Below the pieces are notes generated by a model that was given only the letters and a program-made list of their open reading frames with translations, was not told where the DNA came from and made no database searches. A DNA stretch of 64,000 nucleotides from Vicugna vicugna. Lineage: Eukaryota. The stretch spans positions 6,600,407-6,664,406 of the forward strand of contig MU058584.1 of the NCBI GenBank assembly GCA_013265495.1, written 5' to 3'. Below are positions 25,456-38,420 of the stretch, piece by piece. How positions within the stretch are numbered: position 1 is the stretch's first letter; each line of letters opens with the position of its first letter. Position numbers and translations under genes: made by a program.

Positions 25456-25805
25456 GTAAGTTTGCCTGGGTTATGACTTTTTACTTCAGGCTCCATGAAC
25501 AGAACTTAAACTAACAGGAAAGAACCCAATGTGGCTAAAAATCCAATATAAACTTCTCACACTCAAAGGGCATGGGAAAATGTGTAGATATGAAAAACAT
25601 GCACTGTAACCAGACACCAAGTGAGAATTTTCTAAGTAGTGTCATTTGTTCCTTGCTCTTCTCGTTGTCTTTCTAACCCTGGCACCAGTACATTCTTGAA
25701 GGATAGGGGATCTCCTTAAAGCCCAGTGATTTCAGAAGATCAAAAATGGCATGTGTGGCAAGGGCCAGCAGCAGCAGGAGGCTAGTTCTAAAATTAAACT
25801 GTCTG

Positions 25806-26394
25806 ACCTAAATGTCCATCAACAGGTGACTGGATAAAGAAGATGTGGTATATTTATACAATGGAATACTACTCAGCCATAAAAACCGACAACATAATGC
25901 CATTTGCAGCAACATGGATGATCCTAGAGAATGTCATTCTAAGTGAAGTAAGCCAGAAAGAGAAAGAAAAATACCATATGAGATCGCTCATATGTGGAAT
26001 CTAAAAAACAAAAACAAACAAAAACAAAGCATAAATACAGGACAGAAATAGACTCATGGACAGAGAATACAGACTTGTGGTTACCGGGCGGGTAGAGGGT
26101 GGGAAGGGATAGACTGGGATTTCAAAATTGTAGAATAGATAAACAAGATTACACTGTATAGCACAGGGAAATATACACAAAATGTTATGATAAATCACAG
26201 AGAAAAAAATGTGACAATGAGTGTGTATATGTCCATGAATGACTGAAAAGTTGTGCTGAACACTGGAATTTGACACAACACTGTAAAATGATTATGAATC
26301 AATAAAAAATGTAAAAAAAAACACATAGATGATAGTTGTACAATATAAAATTTTTTAAATAAAGTAAATAAAGAATAAATCTCAAAAAAAAATT
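25806..26394 (+). mobile_element. Young 5'-truncated L1 3' end with an extra 3' segment, inserted into a MIR
   Basis: Perfect 15-bp TSD AAATTAAACTGTCTG at 25791-25805 and 26395-26409. The MIR resumes at GGGTTCAAACC. Confidence 0.95.
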
Positions 26395-26510
26395 AAATTA
26401 AACTGTCTGGGTTCAAACCTTGGTACCGCCACATACTAGGTGTGAAAATCTTGTGCGAGTTACTTAGCTTCTGAAGATTCAGTTTCCATTCCTATCAAGT
26501 GAGGATTCTA
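26395..26510 (+). mobile_element. MIR SINE (host of the L1 insertion; 5' part at ~25780-25805)
   Basis: CTGGGTTCAAACCTTGG..GCCACATACTAGGTGTG..GAGTTACTTAGCTTC..TCAGTTTCC. Confidence 0.85.
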
Positions 26511-26900
26511 TTAGTTTAGGTTCTTTGTTACAAGTTATAGAACCTGACCCTGGCTACCTCGAACTCATTAGGAGAATATGGGAATCAAAGGGAAAGCTGC
26601 AGAATTAGGCTTAGGAAAAGCAGACCCTCAGGCACCTCCAAATATCCATGTAACAGGAAAGGATGGATAGTTCTTGCATCCTGACCCCTTGATGCATAAT
26701 ATTCAGTTGTCAGCCTTTGTCAGTGTGTTCAAGATTCAAATTTTGCAATGTTTAGATTCAAACAGCCTAATTTGGATTCTTTATTTATCTTCCAACTAGA
26801 GGAGTATAGAGCATCTTTATCCATGGTTGCATCAAACTGTGGAAGAGTGTTGTTGGGAAAAAGATGGGGGGTAGTTGGTATAAGAGGAAAACAACAAATT
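26510..26900 (-). mobile_element. Old MaLR LTR (MLT1-like)
   Basis: TATTAGTTTAGGTTCTTTGTTACAAGTTATAGAACCTGACCCTGGCTA resembles an antisense MLT1 LTR end. Confidence 0.5.
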
Positions 26901-27204
26901 TACATGTACTCCGTGCTTTGGCTATCCAGATGTTTTTACTTCTATACATAAACTTTCAGTAATGCTTTGGCCTAATGTAATGTAAATATTCCACAACAAA
27001 AATACATTCATCTTCTCTCCAAAGATGAATAACCCCAAACTGCAGCTACCTCCAAGTCTAGTATCTCTGAGTAATATGAGTTTATTCTTTAACTCTGTTA
27101 TCAGCCTATCTCAGGAGTCTGCAGTCTATGCATCAAGCAAAATCACAAAACAGAAAATAATTGTGGCTTTTGGTTATAGAACAATGCATTTAATTAGTGG
27201 TAAT

Positions 27205-27340
27205 CTTATGTCTCAGAGATCCCTGAAGGACAGATATGGAAAACGAGACCCAGAGTGACCATGTAATTTGTTTAAAGTCACAAGTGACTGAGTAATCAAG
27301 CCAAGGTCTGAATCCAGGTTTGTCTAATTCCAAGCTCTCT
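27205..27340 (-). mobile_element. MIR SINE
   Basis: ACAGATATGGAAAACGAGACCCAGAG..AAGTCACA..GAATCCAGGTTTGTCTAATTCCAAG. Confidence 0.75.
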
Positions 27341-28739
27341 CTTTTCTTTCCATTACAAAAGGGTTAGAATAACATGAAATAAATGTTCTCCTCAGAGAAT
27401 TTTAACAGGAAATAAAGCTTTAGGGCATGAAAATTGAAGTCTGAAGAGAGTTTTACGCTACAGAAAGCAGAGAGTGGAAGGTTTAGGGTTGTAGATATGA
27501 GAGTAAGGGATGAGAAGTATATTTATTTAATGAAGAAGGTAGGAGGAATAGAACTTTCCTATTTTTAAAAGCATTTCACAGTAATGGAACACTTCATAAG
27601 CGGCTTAAATGACTATTTCTTCAACCATTCTTGTGCCAATAGGTAATTGTTTAGATTATTTTATTACTTAAGGCTGTGATTGACACAAGTTAAGTAGGTC
27701 ACTTAGAAATCTGATTACCAAACTCTTGATTTTTTAAATCTCTGTACCCATAAAGTAAAAATACTATTCAATTAGAGATAGGATGGTGTTGAAATTGACT
27801 ATTTAGAAAAAAAAAATTAGATTCTCACTTTACATCATACAGCAACAACAACAAAATGCCAGGCACATTGGAAAGTTTTTTTTTTTAAAGGAACCGTAAG
27901 AAAACAAAAACTTAGAAGAAAATATAGGAAGTATCTGGGAATAGAAAAAGGGTTTTAAAGCAAGAAGGCAATGAAACATCCCTGCTATTTAGGCGTTGCT
28001 CAAGCATCAGTGATTTTTAGTTAGTGATGGCGGAGGCATTTAGGAGGTGGTGGGGCAATCAGTGTCCAAAACATTAAATTCCCTGTAAGATCTCCTAAAA
28101 GCACACTCCCACCCCCCACTTCTTTATACTCTGCAAAGATCAGTGCCAGACATTTTATTCTGCTAAGATTTATTCCCAATTTAAATCTTGGAAACTGCAC
28201 ACAGGCATAATTATTTTGGTCAATCAGGAGAGAGCTTATTGTGTTTCAAAACAAGTCATGCAAGGAAAGATTTAAGGAATTTCATTTTAGCCTGAAGATG
28301 TGAAATTTAAACTTCCACTAAAGGACGCTTAGAGGAAATGTTTAGAGAAAGTCATGGTGTTGGCCAGACTCTTTCTGAGTGACTTATTCTGATGTCAGGT
28401 ATGTGGTAAGGGTTAGCAAGAATCTTACATTTGGCACAATCTAGGTTCTTATAGTCTCAAATAACAAGCTGGTCATACTTGGATTTTATTTTCCTCCATT
28501 GTTTAGATTGCATTCCACTGTTGGCTTGGTAGCTGTTATCCAACTTACACTTTTAAAATGAACATTTATCTGTTGGTAAGCAAAGAAGACCACAGAGAAT
28601 ATTTTTTCTTTGCTTTTAAATCTTTGGTCAGAATATTTAGAACTAGATGAATTCCAAGAGAAACAAAGATCTAAGCCAATGACTGTAGTTGCTGCTACAG
28701 AATTCAAATCCTTGTGTGTCATCTCTGACTGTAATTTTT

Positions 28740-29040
28740 AAATTAGTGATTATATGGTATCAAATAATGTGAGAGCTTCTGCCAAGCAAAGCAAAACTAA
28801 GGGATAATGTCACAGTGGGGAGTGACAATCAATTGAATAAGCTCTGAGCAATAAGGGATACATTTTAAGGGGGAAAAATATCACAGTTGGTGAATTGATA
28901 AGCTGTCAAGTGTATGTCTCAATCAGTATGGCTTAGTCTTGACAATGAAGTTCAATGGGCTGTGTCAATTGACACAGCTTGAAGTTGGATTAAAGAATCT
29001 AACAAAGTGCATCAATTGCATTGCTCAGGGAAGTTTTAGG
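28740..29040. promoter_or_regulatory. Candidate enhancer / conserved non-coding element
   Basis: No recognisable repeat. Dense TGACA/TGTCA, CAATT and GATAA motifs, one TCAAGTG, and a perfect 20-bp palindrome. Conservation cannot be verified from this sequence. Confidence 0.4.
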
Positions 29041-31169
29041 AATATTTCAAAGCTACAGATACAAATAGATGTGAACCTCACTGAACAAATGAACAAAGCA
29101 GAATTGAAAAAGAGGTAGATGAGGATATCAGAAGAAGTTCATTCTCTCAGCCATTACAGTAAAGCAGACATCCCTTTATCCCGTTACCCAGCAAGTTAAA
29201 GGAACCATACATGTATTACATTAGGCAGACAATTAAGTCAACACACCATATATCAATAAGGGCATTGCTGAGTTTTAGGACAGAAATAGGGGCCTTCCGA
29301 CGAAGCACTGCATCTGAGAGGTTTAAATGTTGGGGGCCCTCAGTGCAACAGAGATGCTGGTAATTGACAGAGAATGTACAGAAAAACAGGAGTGATTTGA
29401 AGGACTGGGAGTAAGGCTGAGGAAACCAATTCAACTCTGCCTGGTTAAAAACCATAATTCAGGAGGGATGTGAGTAATGATGCACAAATGTTTTTAAGTT
29501 CCCAACGACTATGAAGGAGAAAGATTTAGTGCTTTTAGAGCAATAAATTTAAGCTAATTATTAGGATAAACTTTCTGACAGTGTTATTTGTTTTATTTGG
29601 GAGATAAACTGTTCCTAGAGTGAGGAAATGGGGCAGGTTAAGCCAAACACCAGCTGAGTGAAACACATTTTATAATAGGATAGGATTGTGACGTCTAACA
29701 CACGATCTAATGGCAGGCATGTGACCATGAAACCCAAACTCACTATTGGCCTGATACTCACTTGAACTTTGTTGGGTTTGACTTTATTGAATTTTGGGTT
29801 TAGGAGGAAGTAAGAAATTGTACGACAGCCTCTCTGAGTGAGGTCCCATCTGTAAAGAGGAAGAAGTAGGTTCTTCTTTGCTTCATCATGGGAAGGTCCC
29901 CAAGGGAGGCATAAGCTAGAAATGAATGTGTGTAAATGTAGGAGGAATCCACAAGACAGGAATAGTTTCTTTGGAGCCTAAGGCTTTTGGCTGTTTGCGC
30001 TGTAGGGTGACATTTCGACGGCCACTTCCATCTGGCCCCTGATCTCTAAATTTCATGGGGATATTGGATGTCTCTGGCTAGTCCCTTATTTTTAGATATG
30101 CTTATCAGGCAGCACTCCTAAGTGTCAGTGTACAGGTATCTGAACATTTCTTTCTTGGATTTATTTGTCCCTACTGGTAGTCACAAGTCTTTAGCCACTC
30201 AGATTTTGCATCCACTGTTATATTTGTAGCATCTTTGATTTTATTGATTCCTTGTGTATAAGAATCTTGGGTTACCAGTATTGCCTGGTTTAACGTGATA
30301 TTTTTTTCTTACCTTATCTTGGGATCTCCTTTAGGAGGGCAAACCTTTAACTCTTTTTCTGTATTGTCCAGGCCCAGCTATTCAGGATCCCCATAAAAAT
30401 CTTATGTTTCCTCATAAGGTTCCCTTTAGTCAGCCATGCAGATCAGGTCAAAAATAGCTTAGTTTTGCAACAATACCCAGAGTGAGAGCTAAACCAAGAG
30501 TGGCAAGTGCTTTGGGGAAGTAGGAAAATAGGAGACATGCCGTCTTCTTATCCTGTGATATGGAGAAAGTGATACACTAGTAATGTAAAGACAAGCGTAG
30601 ACAAGTGTTAAATAGATTGTGTCCATTTAAGTCAACAAATATTTCTTGAATGCCAATGTATGCAAGGCTCTGGGCAAGAAAATTCAGAACATGTAAAGAT
30701 GAATGAAATAAAAATCTAGACATTAAAGAACCATATGTCTTTTGGAAAGGGACTGGATACATGACATCTTTGATGTAAATAGGGTAATGATGTGATCCAG
30801 TTGTATCTCAGACCAGGGTGAAAAAGGAGCGACAAAGCAACAAATGACAGGTCATATTTTCACGATCAGCTTGGCATCCCTGGCTTACATAGGTGCAGCC
30901 CACACCTACTAGAAAAATGAAACCAGCTTTAAGTGAAAAATAATATTCTTTATTAAATGATCTAAAAGTATTCTTAGGGAGTTCTTACATTCTCCTCTTG
31001 TCCCTTTATACTTTTTCACTCTTCTGATTTTTACCACCATATTTATTATAATGATTCATAAACAACTATTTCCATTTTATTCTTAGTTTTTATTACATTC
31101 AATCTCATATTATCCACAGGTTCTTGGGAATATATATTTCATTACCACTTCTCTCTTAATATATTTCAA

Positions 31170-31905
31170 ACAGGATTTACTTTCTTCTAATGATACTGAC
31201 TATTCCAACTTTCATGATTCTAATCTTCACAGAATCTTTCAAGTCTCTGCTACCCAGTTTCCACACCTTTTTATTATCTTTGATTCTTTCTCCCCTTTAT
31301 GTGTCTGGGTATTGATACATGCCAAGTGCTCACTGATCCAACAAACTGTACCTTTACCCAAGTTTCCTTTTGACCACTGCACGTGCCTTCTCTTTTGTCC
31401 ATCTATAATTCATTCTCCACACATTAGCCAGAGTAAGCTTTCTAACAGGATTAATAACTTCAGTGCATTGCCCAATGCCTTATCACACTTGGAATAATTC
31501 ACTTCAACTTGTAAGGGGTGATACAGTCCCCGCTCTGTTTCCAAGGTCACTTTAGGCCACTCCTTGCTCTCTACGTTGAATGCACACTGTCTTCCTCTCT
31601 GTCCCACCACCACACCAAACTCCGTCCTCGTCAGGCTCTTTCCATCAGCAGCCCCCTTGGCCTGCTGTGCCTGTCCTTGGTCGGCTGACTGGCTTCTTCT
31701 GTCAGTCAGGTCTCAGCAGAACTGCCCTGTCGCTTGCTCAGGGAAGACACCCTGATCATTCTGTTCTCCTCAGTTTTTCTTTATAACATGGCCCTTCACT
31801 GCTTTTGTCACTATCTGGTATATTCTTTATTCATATCAGGTCCGTGAGAGTTTGGGAATTATCTCTCACGTTTGGCACTGTATCCTTAGAGCCCTCCAAA
31901 GTATC
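31170..31905 (+). mobile_element. L2 LINE remnant
   Basis: Pyrimidine-rich. TCTCCACACATTAGCCAGAGT..CTTCTGTCAGTCAGGTCTCAGC..CACTGTATCCTTAGAGCC. Confidence 0.7.
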
Positions 31906-33904
31906 TGGAAGAAACGTCTACACAGAGCCAAGCACAGCACTTTGCACTGGGGACACAGCAATGGATATGACAATACGCCATTACGGGAACTGTTATCTGT
32001 TACCCATTTGGTGCTGTTGACTGATCCACAAGCGTTGCAACAAAGTGTTCCCTCTCAGGCTTCTATGACTTGACAGACGGTCCCTTTGGATTTATACCTT
32101 CTCCCTTTAGAAATATTACATTGTGAGTGTGTTTTGTTACACTTGGACAGGGAATTGTTCTGTCTCTTCAAGTTAGCTTCTTGGAGATCTGATGCCATCA
32201 TTCTGTGTTACTTATATGTATCGCCTTCAGCGCTTAATTATGAAACTGCTTTTCTTATTATTGCTTTATGTGTTTCAGTTCTGTCTTATCTGGAAAATTA
32301 ATGCCCTGTGGTATATTTATCTCAATTCACAGTATTGTTCAACATAGTATACATGCACCTAATAGATTCTTTTCAGGTTGATTTTTCAACATTATCTTCA
32401 TTGTCTTTCTATAATTATTATAGTCTCTGAATATGACTATTGGGAAAAGGAGTATTTTGTTTCTTAATCTGCTGTTTTCTTTCCAAAACACAGGAAAGAA
32501 AAAGAAAATATGCCTTGGGGAAAACCTTCCCTTGTAGAATTTACCAAAAGAGAATAAGCACCTGATTATGATACAAGGCTGATGGTTTATTTTACTTCTC
32601 AGAAACAGAGTTAGAATGCTAATAATGAAAATTTTTAAATAATCCCTTGAAATGAAAAATGTATCTCAAATTAACTTTTGCTTTATATATTCCTTTGGAG
32701 TAAAAATGGGTGACATTTAATCTTCTATCATTTTCAATATATTCTGAATAGCATAAATCCTAACCAGGTTTTAATTCATTTCTGTAGGGAAACTTTCTAC
32801 TTTATGTCTCATTTCCTGAACCTTACTCTGCAGTCCAATGTGGTGCTATCCTGAGTGTTGTTTTCAAAATTGATCTAATTGCAAATGTTGGAGACCACTT
32901 GAACTATGGAAACGTATTACCCATGATAATTTGTTATTACTCATAAAAAAGAAGATATACTGAACACAACTTATCCAATATGCTCAAATATATACTTAAT
33001 ATATTGCCTATATATTCAAAATATAATTAATTAATAAGTCATAACAATAGCCATGTATTGAGGAAGCATTACATTTTAAGAACAGGATTAAAAACTTTAT
33101 GGGCTCACTTCTTCCTGCTATAACAATTCTATGAAGTAGTTCTTATTATCCCTACTTTGTATGTAGAAAAAAATGTATCTAAGTAAGTGGATGAAGTAGA
33201 ACCTAAACAGGGTTCTTTGTGGCTGCAATGACTCTGGCCTTCATTTCTTTGCTATGTAAATATTCACTGATACTCCCAGTCAACCAGACTTGAATTCAGA
33301 ACCTGCTATGTCTTTACTATATATCAGCACGCAAGGGGAGCTTGAATGATTGGCAGAGTGGGCTGGCATTGGTAGACAGCTTGGCAGATGTTCACTGGGG
33401 ATGACTGCCAAGCCTTTATTTTTGGATTGATATAAATAGTAATAGTATTTAAAGTCATAAGATTTGCATTTAAATCCTAAATCTAGGAACCCCTTGGACA
33501 AGCTACTTAATGAGTTTGAACCTTAGCCTTCCTGTCTGTAGGGCTGACAGTATTAATAGTTTTCCCCCAGAGATGCTTCAGGCATTATGGTACATGAAAT
33601 TGTATTGAGTTGTATTGCTTGAGTTTAAGTGGAAGTCCAAAGTGACTGGCAAAATGATGGAAGGGACTTACCAGAAACCTACTTTCCTGGGTACTTTGGC
33701 ATGTCTGGGGAAATGGTGGGATAATCTCAATATATGTCCTTTTGTGGGGAAATGGGGAGCCTTCAGGAAGAAAATTCATCCTCAAGGAACAAGGATCCAG
33801 GGGTAATAAATTTGATCAATAATTAAAACTTAGTTATCATAAAGGAGTAAGAATTCTAAATAGAGTTTGGTGCCCATCAGTAAAAACTGTCTCTCAACAC
33901 AGTC

Positions 33905-34520
33905 TACTGGTAATGCAAAATGGGACAGCCATTCTGGAAAACAGTTTAGCAGTTATTATAAAGTTAAACATACACTTAACATGTGATCCAACAATTCCAC
34001 TCCAAGGTATTTACTTTAATGAAATGAAAACACATATTCACACAAAAACCTGTGCATGAATGTTTACAGCAGCTCTTTTCATAATAGCCCCAAAATGGAA
34101 AAAGTTCAATTGTCTTTTAGTAGCTGAATGGATAAACAAATTGAGGTACATCCATACAATGTCATACTACTCAGGAATGAAAAGGAATAAACGATTGATA
34201 TGTTAGTTGGATGAATCACAAAGAGATTAAGCTGACTGAAAGAAGACAGTCTCAAAAATGTTACATAATGTATAATTCTATGAATATGATAGTCTTGAAA
34301 AGACAAATTTATAGTGACAAACAGATGAGTGGATGCCAGGGGCTAGGGATGGGGAAGAAGGAGTAGCTACAGAGGGGTACCATGATGAGTTATTTAAGAT
34401 GATGGAATAGTTTTGTGTCCTGACAGTGGTGGTGGTTATGTGAATCCATACAAGTATAAAAGTTCACAGAACTGTATGAGAAAAGTCAATTTTACCATAT
34501 CCTAATAATAAAAAAAAATT
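33905..34520 (+). mobile_element. L1 (L1MB/ME-like) ORF2 end and 3' UTR
   Basis: AATGCAAAATGGGACAGCCATTCTGGAAAACAGTTT..GAATGTTTACAGCAGCTC..GGTACATCCATACAATG, ending in an A-run at ~34510. Confidence 0.9.
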
Positions 34521-35394
34521 GTTGGGTCCAGCACCCTCCCGTGTCACCAAATGCTGTCCTTGTCCTTGCATCCTATTGCCACATTATCATCCTTTCCAAA
34601 AGTGACCCACACTCACTTCTTCAACCTACCCCATAATATTCAGCAAATTGTTCTCTGTCTCTCTGAAATTACCCCCAAAGGCTCTCATGATCCCTATTCT
34701 TCTGCCCATGGGGACTTCCTTAATAATCCCAGCACACTTTGCCCTGCTATGTCTTGACTCCTATAACTCTTTCTGTATCCTTCTTCTTGGCACATATTCT
34801 AACACTTAGATTATTCAAAAAATGTTTCAGGTGTGTATATTGATCTGTCATAACCAAAAATCTTTTTCCTCAAAAAGCATGCAGATAGAGGACAAACCCC
34901 AGACTTGCTGGAGCCACAGTAATCAAAAAGTTATGTCGAAAAAATAGTCAGAATTATTTCTATGAGTATGAGACTTTCGGGAGGATAGCTTAGGACAAAA
35001 TACCTAATACTGATTGTCTACAAAATGATTAATTACAAAATTTCATTGATATACATAACCACATGTGTACATCTGCACACATGCACAACTACATAGAATG
35101 TACAAGTATCATTATCCATTCAAAATGACTGGTTGTAATCATAGCGAGGTGACAAGTTTTTTTTACAAACACACTCACAAAATTTCATTTTAATATCTCT
35201 TTTATACAATCCCCAACATGTTTGCTTTGGCCTCTCTTCTAATTTAATTATTTTGATCATTTATATTTTTGCAATAAAGTGCTAAAATGGGCCAGAATAT
35301 TTTGACGTTGGTGAAGTTGCAAAATATTTTTAGTCCAAACATTCTGTCTTCAGCCAGACTTGTCTCTGTGTGGTTTTCTCTGCTAGAGATGCTC

Positions 35395-35720
35395 ATTCCA
35401 CATTCATTCAATAAACACTGATTGACAACTTACCATGTGTCAGGTACGAGGTTAGCTGTTGTGAGTAAAGTGATTAATAAAACAGACATGGTTCTTGCAT
35501 TCATGGAGTTTACAGTCTAGCGACTGTAAGCGGACAAATGAGCCAGTGTTTACAGGACATGTGTGTAAGATGTAAGTTATGGGTGCACATAGAAGAGGTG
35601 TCTGACCCAGTCACTGGAAATCAGAGAAGGTTTCCTGGAGGGAATGATGCTCAGCTGAATTTTCAGAATAAATAAGAGAGAAGACAAGAAAGATGGGAAG
35701 GGATTGACAGAAGAGAAACC
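35395..35720 (-). mobile_element. L2 3' end
   Basis: CATTCATTCAATAAACAC..TACCATGTGTCAGG..CATGGAGTTTACAGTCTAG..GGTTTCCTGGAGG. Confidence 0.85.
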
Positions 35721-35929
35721 ATGTGACAACATTAGGTCTGACAGTCCTAGGATTCTGGTATCACTGTAGCCTGACATCTCAGAAACGTGGTTTCATTCTC
35801 CTGCAAAACCTTCCCTCGCTTCCCTGAAACACAGGCTCTTCTGTTCCTTGAACTCAGCAGAATGTGTTGCCTGGATTTATCTTTTGGTACTTCTGTGTTA
35901 CCAGAAAGCAGAATAACTGTTCATTTAGG

Positions 35930-36190
35930 CAAGCCAGTTAGGATAACAGGTGCTGAGGTAAGAGTCCCTAGATTTGCTCTGGGTTGAATTCCAACTGTGT
36001 GATATTTCACTACTTATTATCCTCTCTAGAAGCTTCAGTTTCATCATCCATAAAATATGAGTAATAATACCTACTTTACAGGGTTATTATTATAAAGGTC
36101 AAGTGAGCTGATAAATGCAACAGTGCATTTATTTAGAACAGTGTGTGCGGTATTGTTAAGCACTGGTATAGATGTCGCCTCTTACTAATA
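35930..36190 (+). mobile_element. MIR SINE
   Basis: TTCAGTTTCATCATCCATAAAAT..TAATAATACCTACTTTACAGGGTT. Confidence 0.85.
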
Positions 36191-36469
36191 TGTGTGTATG
36201 CCATGGTTTCCCAGCTAAATTGTAAGTTCCTGGAAGGCAAAACCAAGTTTTAATCAAAAAAGACTAAAAGTTTTCCACATAAAATTCTATTTAATTCCTT
36301 CAGTAATTCCCCAAGTCTGATATCATTTTTCTCTTGTTTCAGGTGTGAATGCTGAGGCTCAGACATGTCAACTTAAGGTTGCCAGCAAGTAAATGGGAGA
36401 ATTAATCCCATGTCCCTCTCGCTGTAAAGACCCTGACATTTCCGTGATATAATGAAATAAGAGAAGTGA

Positions 36470-36860
36470 AATGTGCCACTCTGGGGTTTTGGGTTACAAA
36501 CAACATAAATGGAAATTGACTTATTTAAGCCAAAGAGCATGATTGGAAGGTTACCTGGTAGATCTCAGATTAATGGGATGGCTGGCGGTCAGGGTCTGGG
36601 AAGGGGAGGTGAGTGTCCACAGTCTAGTCAGTGTACTGCCATGGCCTCAGTCTGGGATGCCAAAGCAGAATCTGAACAGTCCCTGCCTCTTAATGACAAA
36701 GTTGTAGTTTTATGCTGTAGGCATAGCTGTTCCATGAGTAAATAGGGTCCAGGGAAAATGGGTATCTGGCCTTTGGGGACCTTGTTACTTCAAACCTGTT
36801 GTGCCAGACTCCCCAACACAGGCAGGAAGTTCTGCTTCTGGGCAGCCTAAATAAATAAAT
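36470..36860 (-). mobile_element. Old MaLR LTR (MLT1-like)
   Basis: GGGGTTTTGGGTTACAAACAACATAAA..GACTTATTTAAGC..ATTGGAAGG..TAGATCTCAGA resembles an antisense MLT1 LTR. Confidence 0.5.
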
Positions 36861-37999
36861 CAGTAAAGTCCACTAATCATGCTGTAGGGTTTCTCCTGGA
36901 AACCATGCTGACTTTCCCTGTGATCCAAGCAATAATACACTTTCAACCTACGAAATGGTGACGCTGGCTTTATCTTTTCTGCTTGGCTGCACCTGGATTC
37001 TGAGCCAACTTGCCAGCATAAGTGCAGAAAGGAAAGATTCAAGTTTCAAGTGCTGGGTATTTCTGTGGAGACCTCTGGGAACTGAGATGATACAGAATAA
37101 GCACAAAGAGGAGAAGAGGGCTGGTATTCTAGATGCTATGAAAGAATCAAGGAAAAGTTGAAGCATTAGGCAAAATAAGGGAGAAAAGGAAACATGAACA
37201 CAAACAGTAAAAGTCTAGAAAAGGATCCTAAGAAGGATTAAGAAACCAAGGCTAATTTTATATAATATTTGGGAATAAAACAAAGGCAGAGAAGCAATAC
37301 CTAATAATGTGGGAGATCCTGATTTCGAGATCAAAATAGAAACAACAGGGCTATTTATAGGAAGAGCTTAGAGGAAGCCAAAGGAAGAGACTCTGGGGGA
37401 CTCTGTCAGAAAGAGTTATTCTGCAAGGAAATTAAGAGTTCCAGCCCCCCTACTCTGCCCCCGCAAAACTAAGAGGCTGTTCAGGCCTCACGTTTTCTAG
37501 CAGGACCGCAGATTCCTAACTGGGTCACTTGAACACAAAGTCCTTTCATATTTCCTTTGATGTGTGAGTGTATGAGGTGGGGGTGTCCAGCCACTCTCTG
37601 GGTCCAGAGTTTCAGGGACAGGCACATAGAGAATAGATAAGGAAGAGAAGAACCATTTAATTTCCCAAAGTAGCAGAATTTAATAGTAAAGACCAGGGAT
37701 GTTTTTGTCCAGATCCTCCACGGTTAGCTGTGTCTGCACCAAGAGATAACAATTAGGACTTTTCTGTGTGTGAACTGGGGGAAACTTAAAATCACGTTTA
37801 AGTCAAGTTTAACGTTTACTGAGGGCTTCACATCAAGCATTATTCTATGTGAATTCACTGAATCCACGTATCTGTCTATGGAGTGAGTGAAATTACTGTC
37901 TCCACTATACAGAAGAGGAAACAAAGGCTTTAGGGCTTAGATAATATGCCCAAGCTCACACACAAAGAAAGCCGGAACTTTAACTCAGGTCTGTGGAAT

Positions 38000-38420
38000 A
38001 CTGTGGCAGTTCAGCTGATTTCTGCTGCAGATAAAAGAATACTGACTTCCTGAATCCTAAGGCATATGCTGTTCAACACAGCAGGGGACATGGAGGAGGG
38101 CTGTTCAGCAGCAATGGCGTCATGCAGGACTGGGGTTTCCAGCTTTCTGCTCTGCCACGTGTGTTGGCGCTATCTCACGTTCAAGAGCATAGCTGTAGCA
38201 GTTTTAGGCATCCCATGAAGACATGACCACATTTGTTTAAAAAGAGGAGGGGAATGTCCTCTATAAATCTCTTTTATTAGAAAATCTTCCCTGCAATGCC
38301 TCCAGTAAGTTCCTCTGCATGTAGTATTGACTAGTACTAAGCCACATGTCTATGCCTAAACCCAGTCACTTTCCAAGATCAAGGGATTACTGTGATTGGC
38401 TTAGATCAGCCGTGACTCAC
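38000..38420 (-). mobile_element. Old MaLR LTR (MLT1-like)
   Basis: TTCTGCTCTGCCA..CACATGTCTATGCCTAAACC..GGGATTACTGTGATTGGCTTAGATCA. Confidence 0.6.

Noticed and set aside
36320..36400. Strong splice acceptor TTTTCTCTTGTTTCAG with a following exon
   Set aside because: The downstream sequence is an antisense MIR fragment and there is no good donor.
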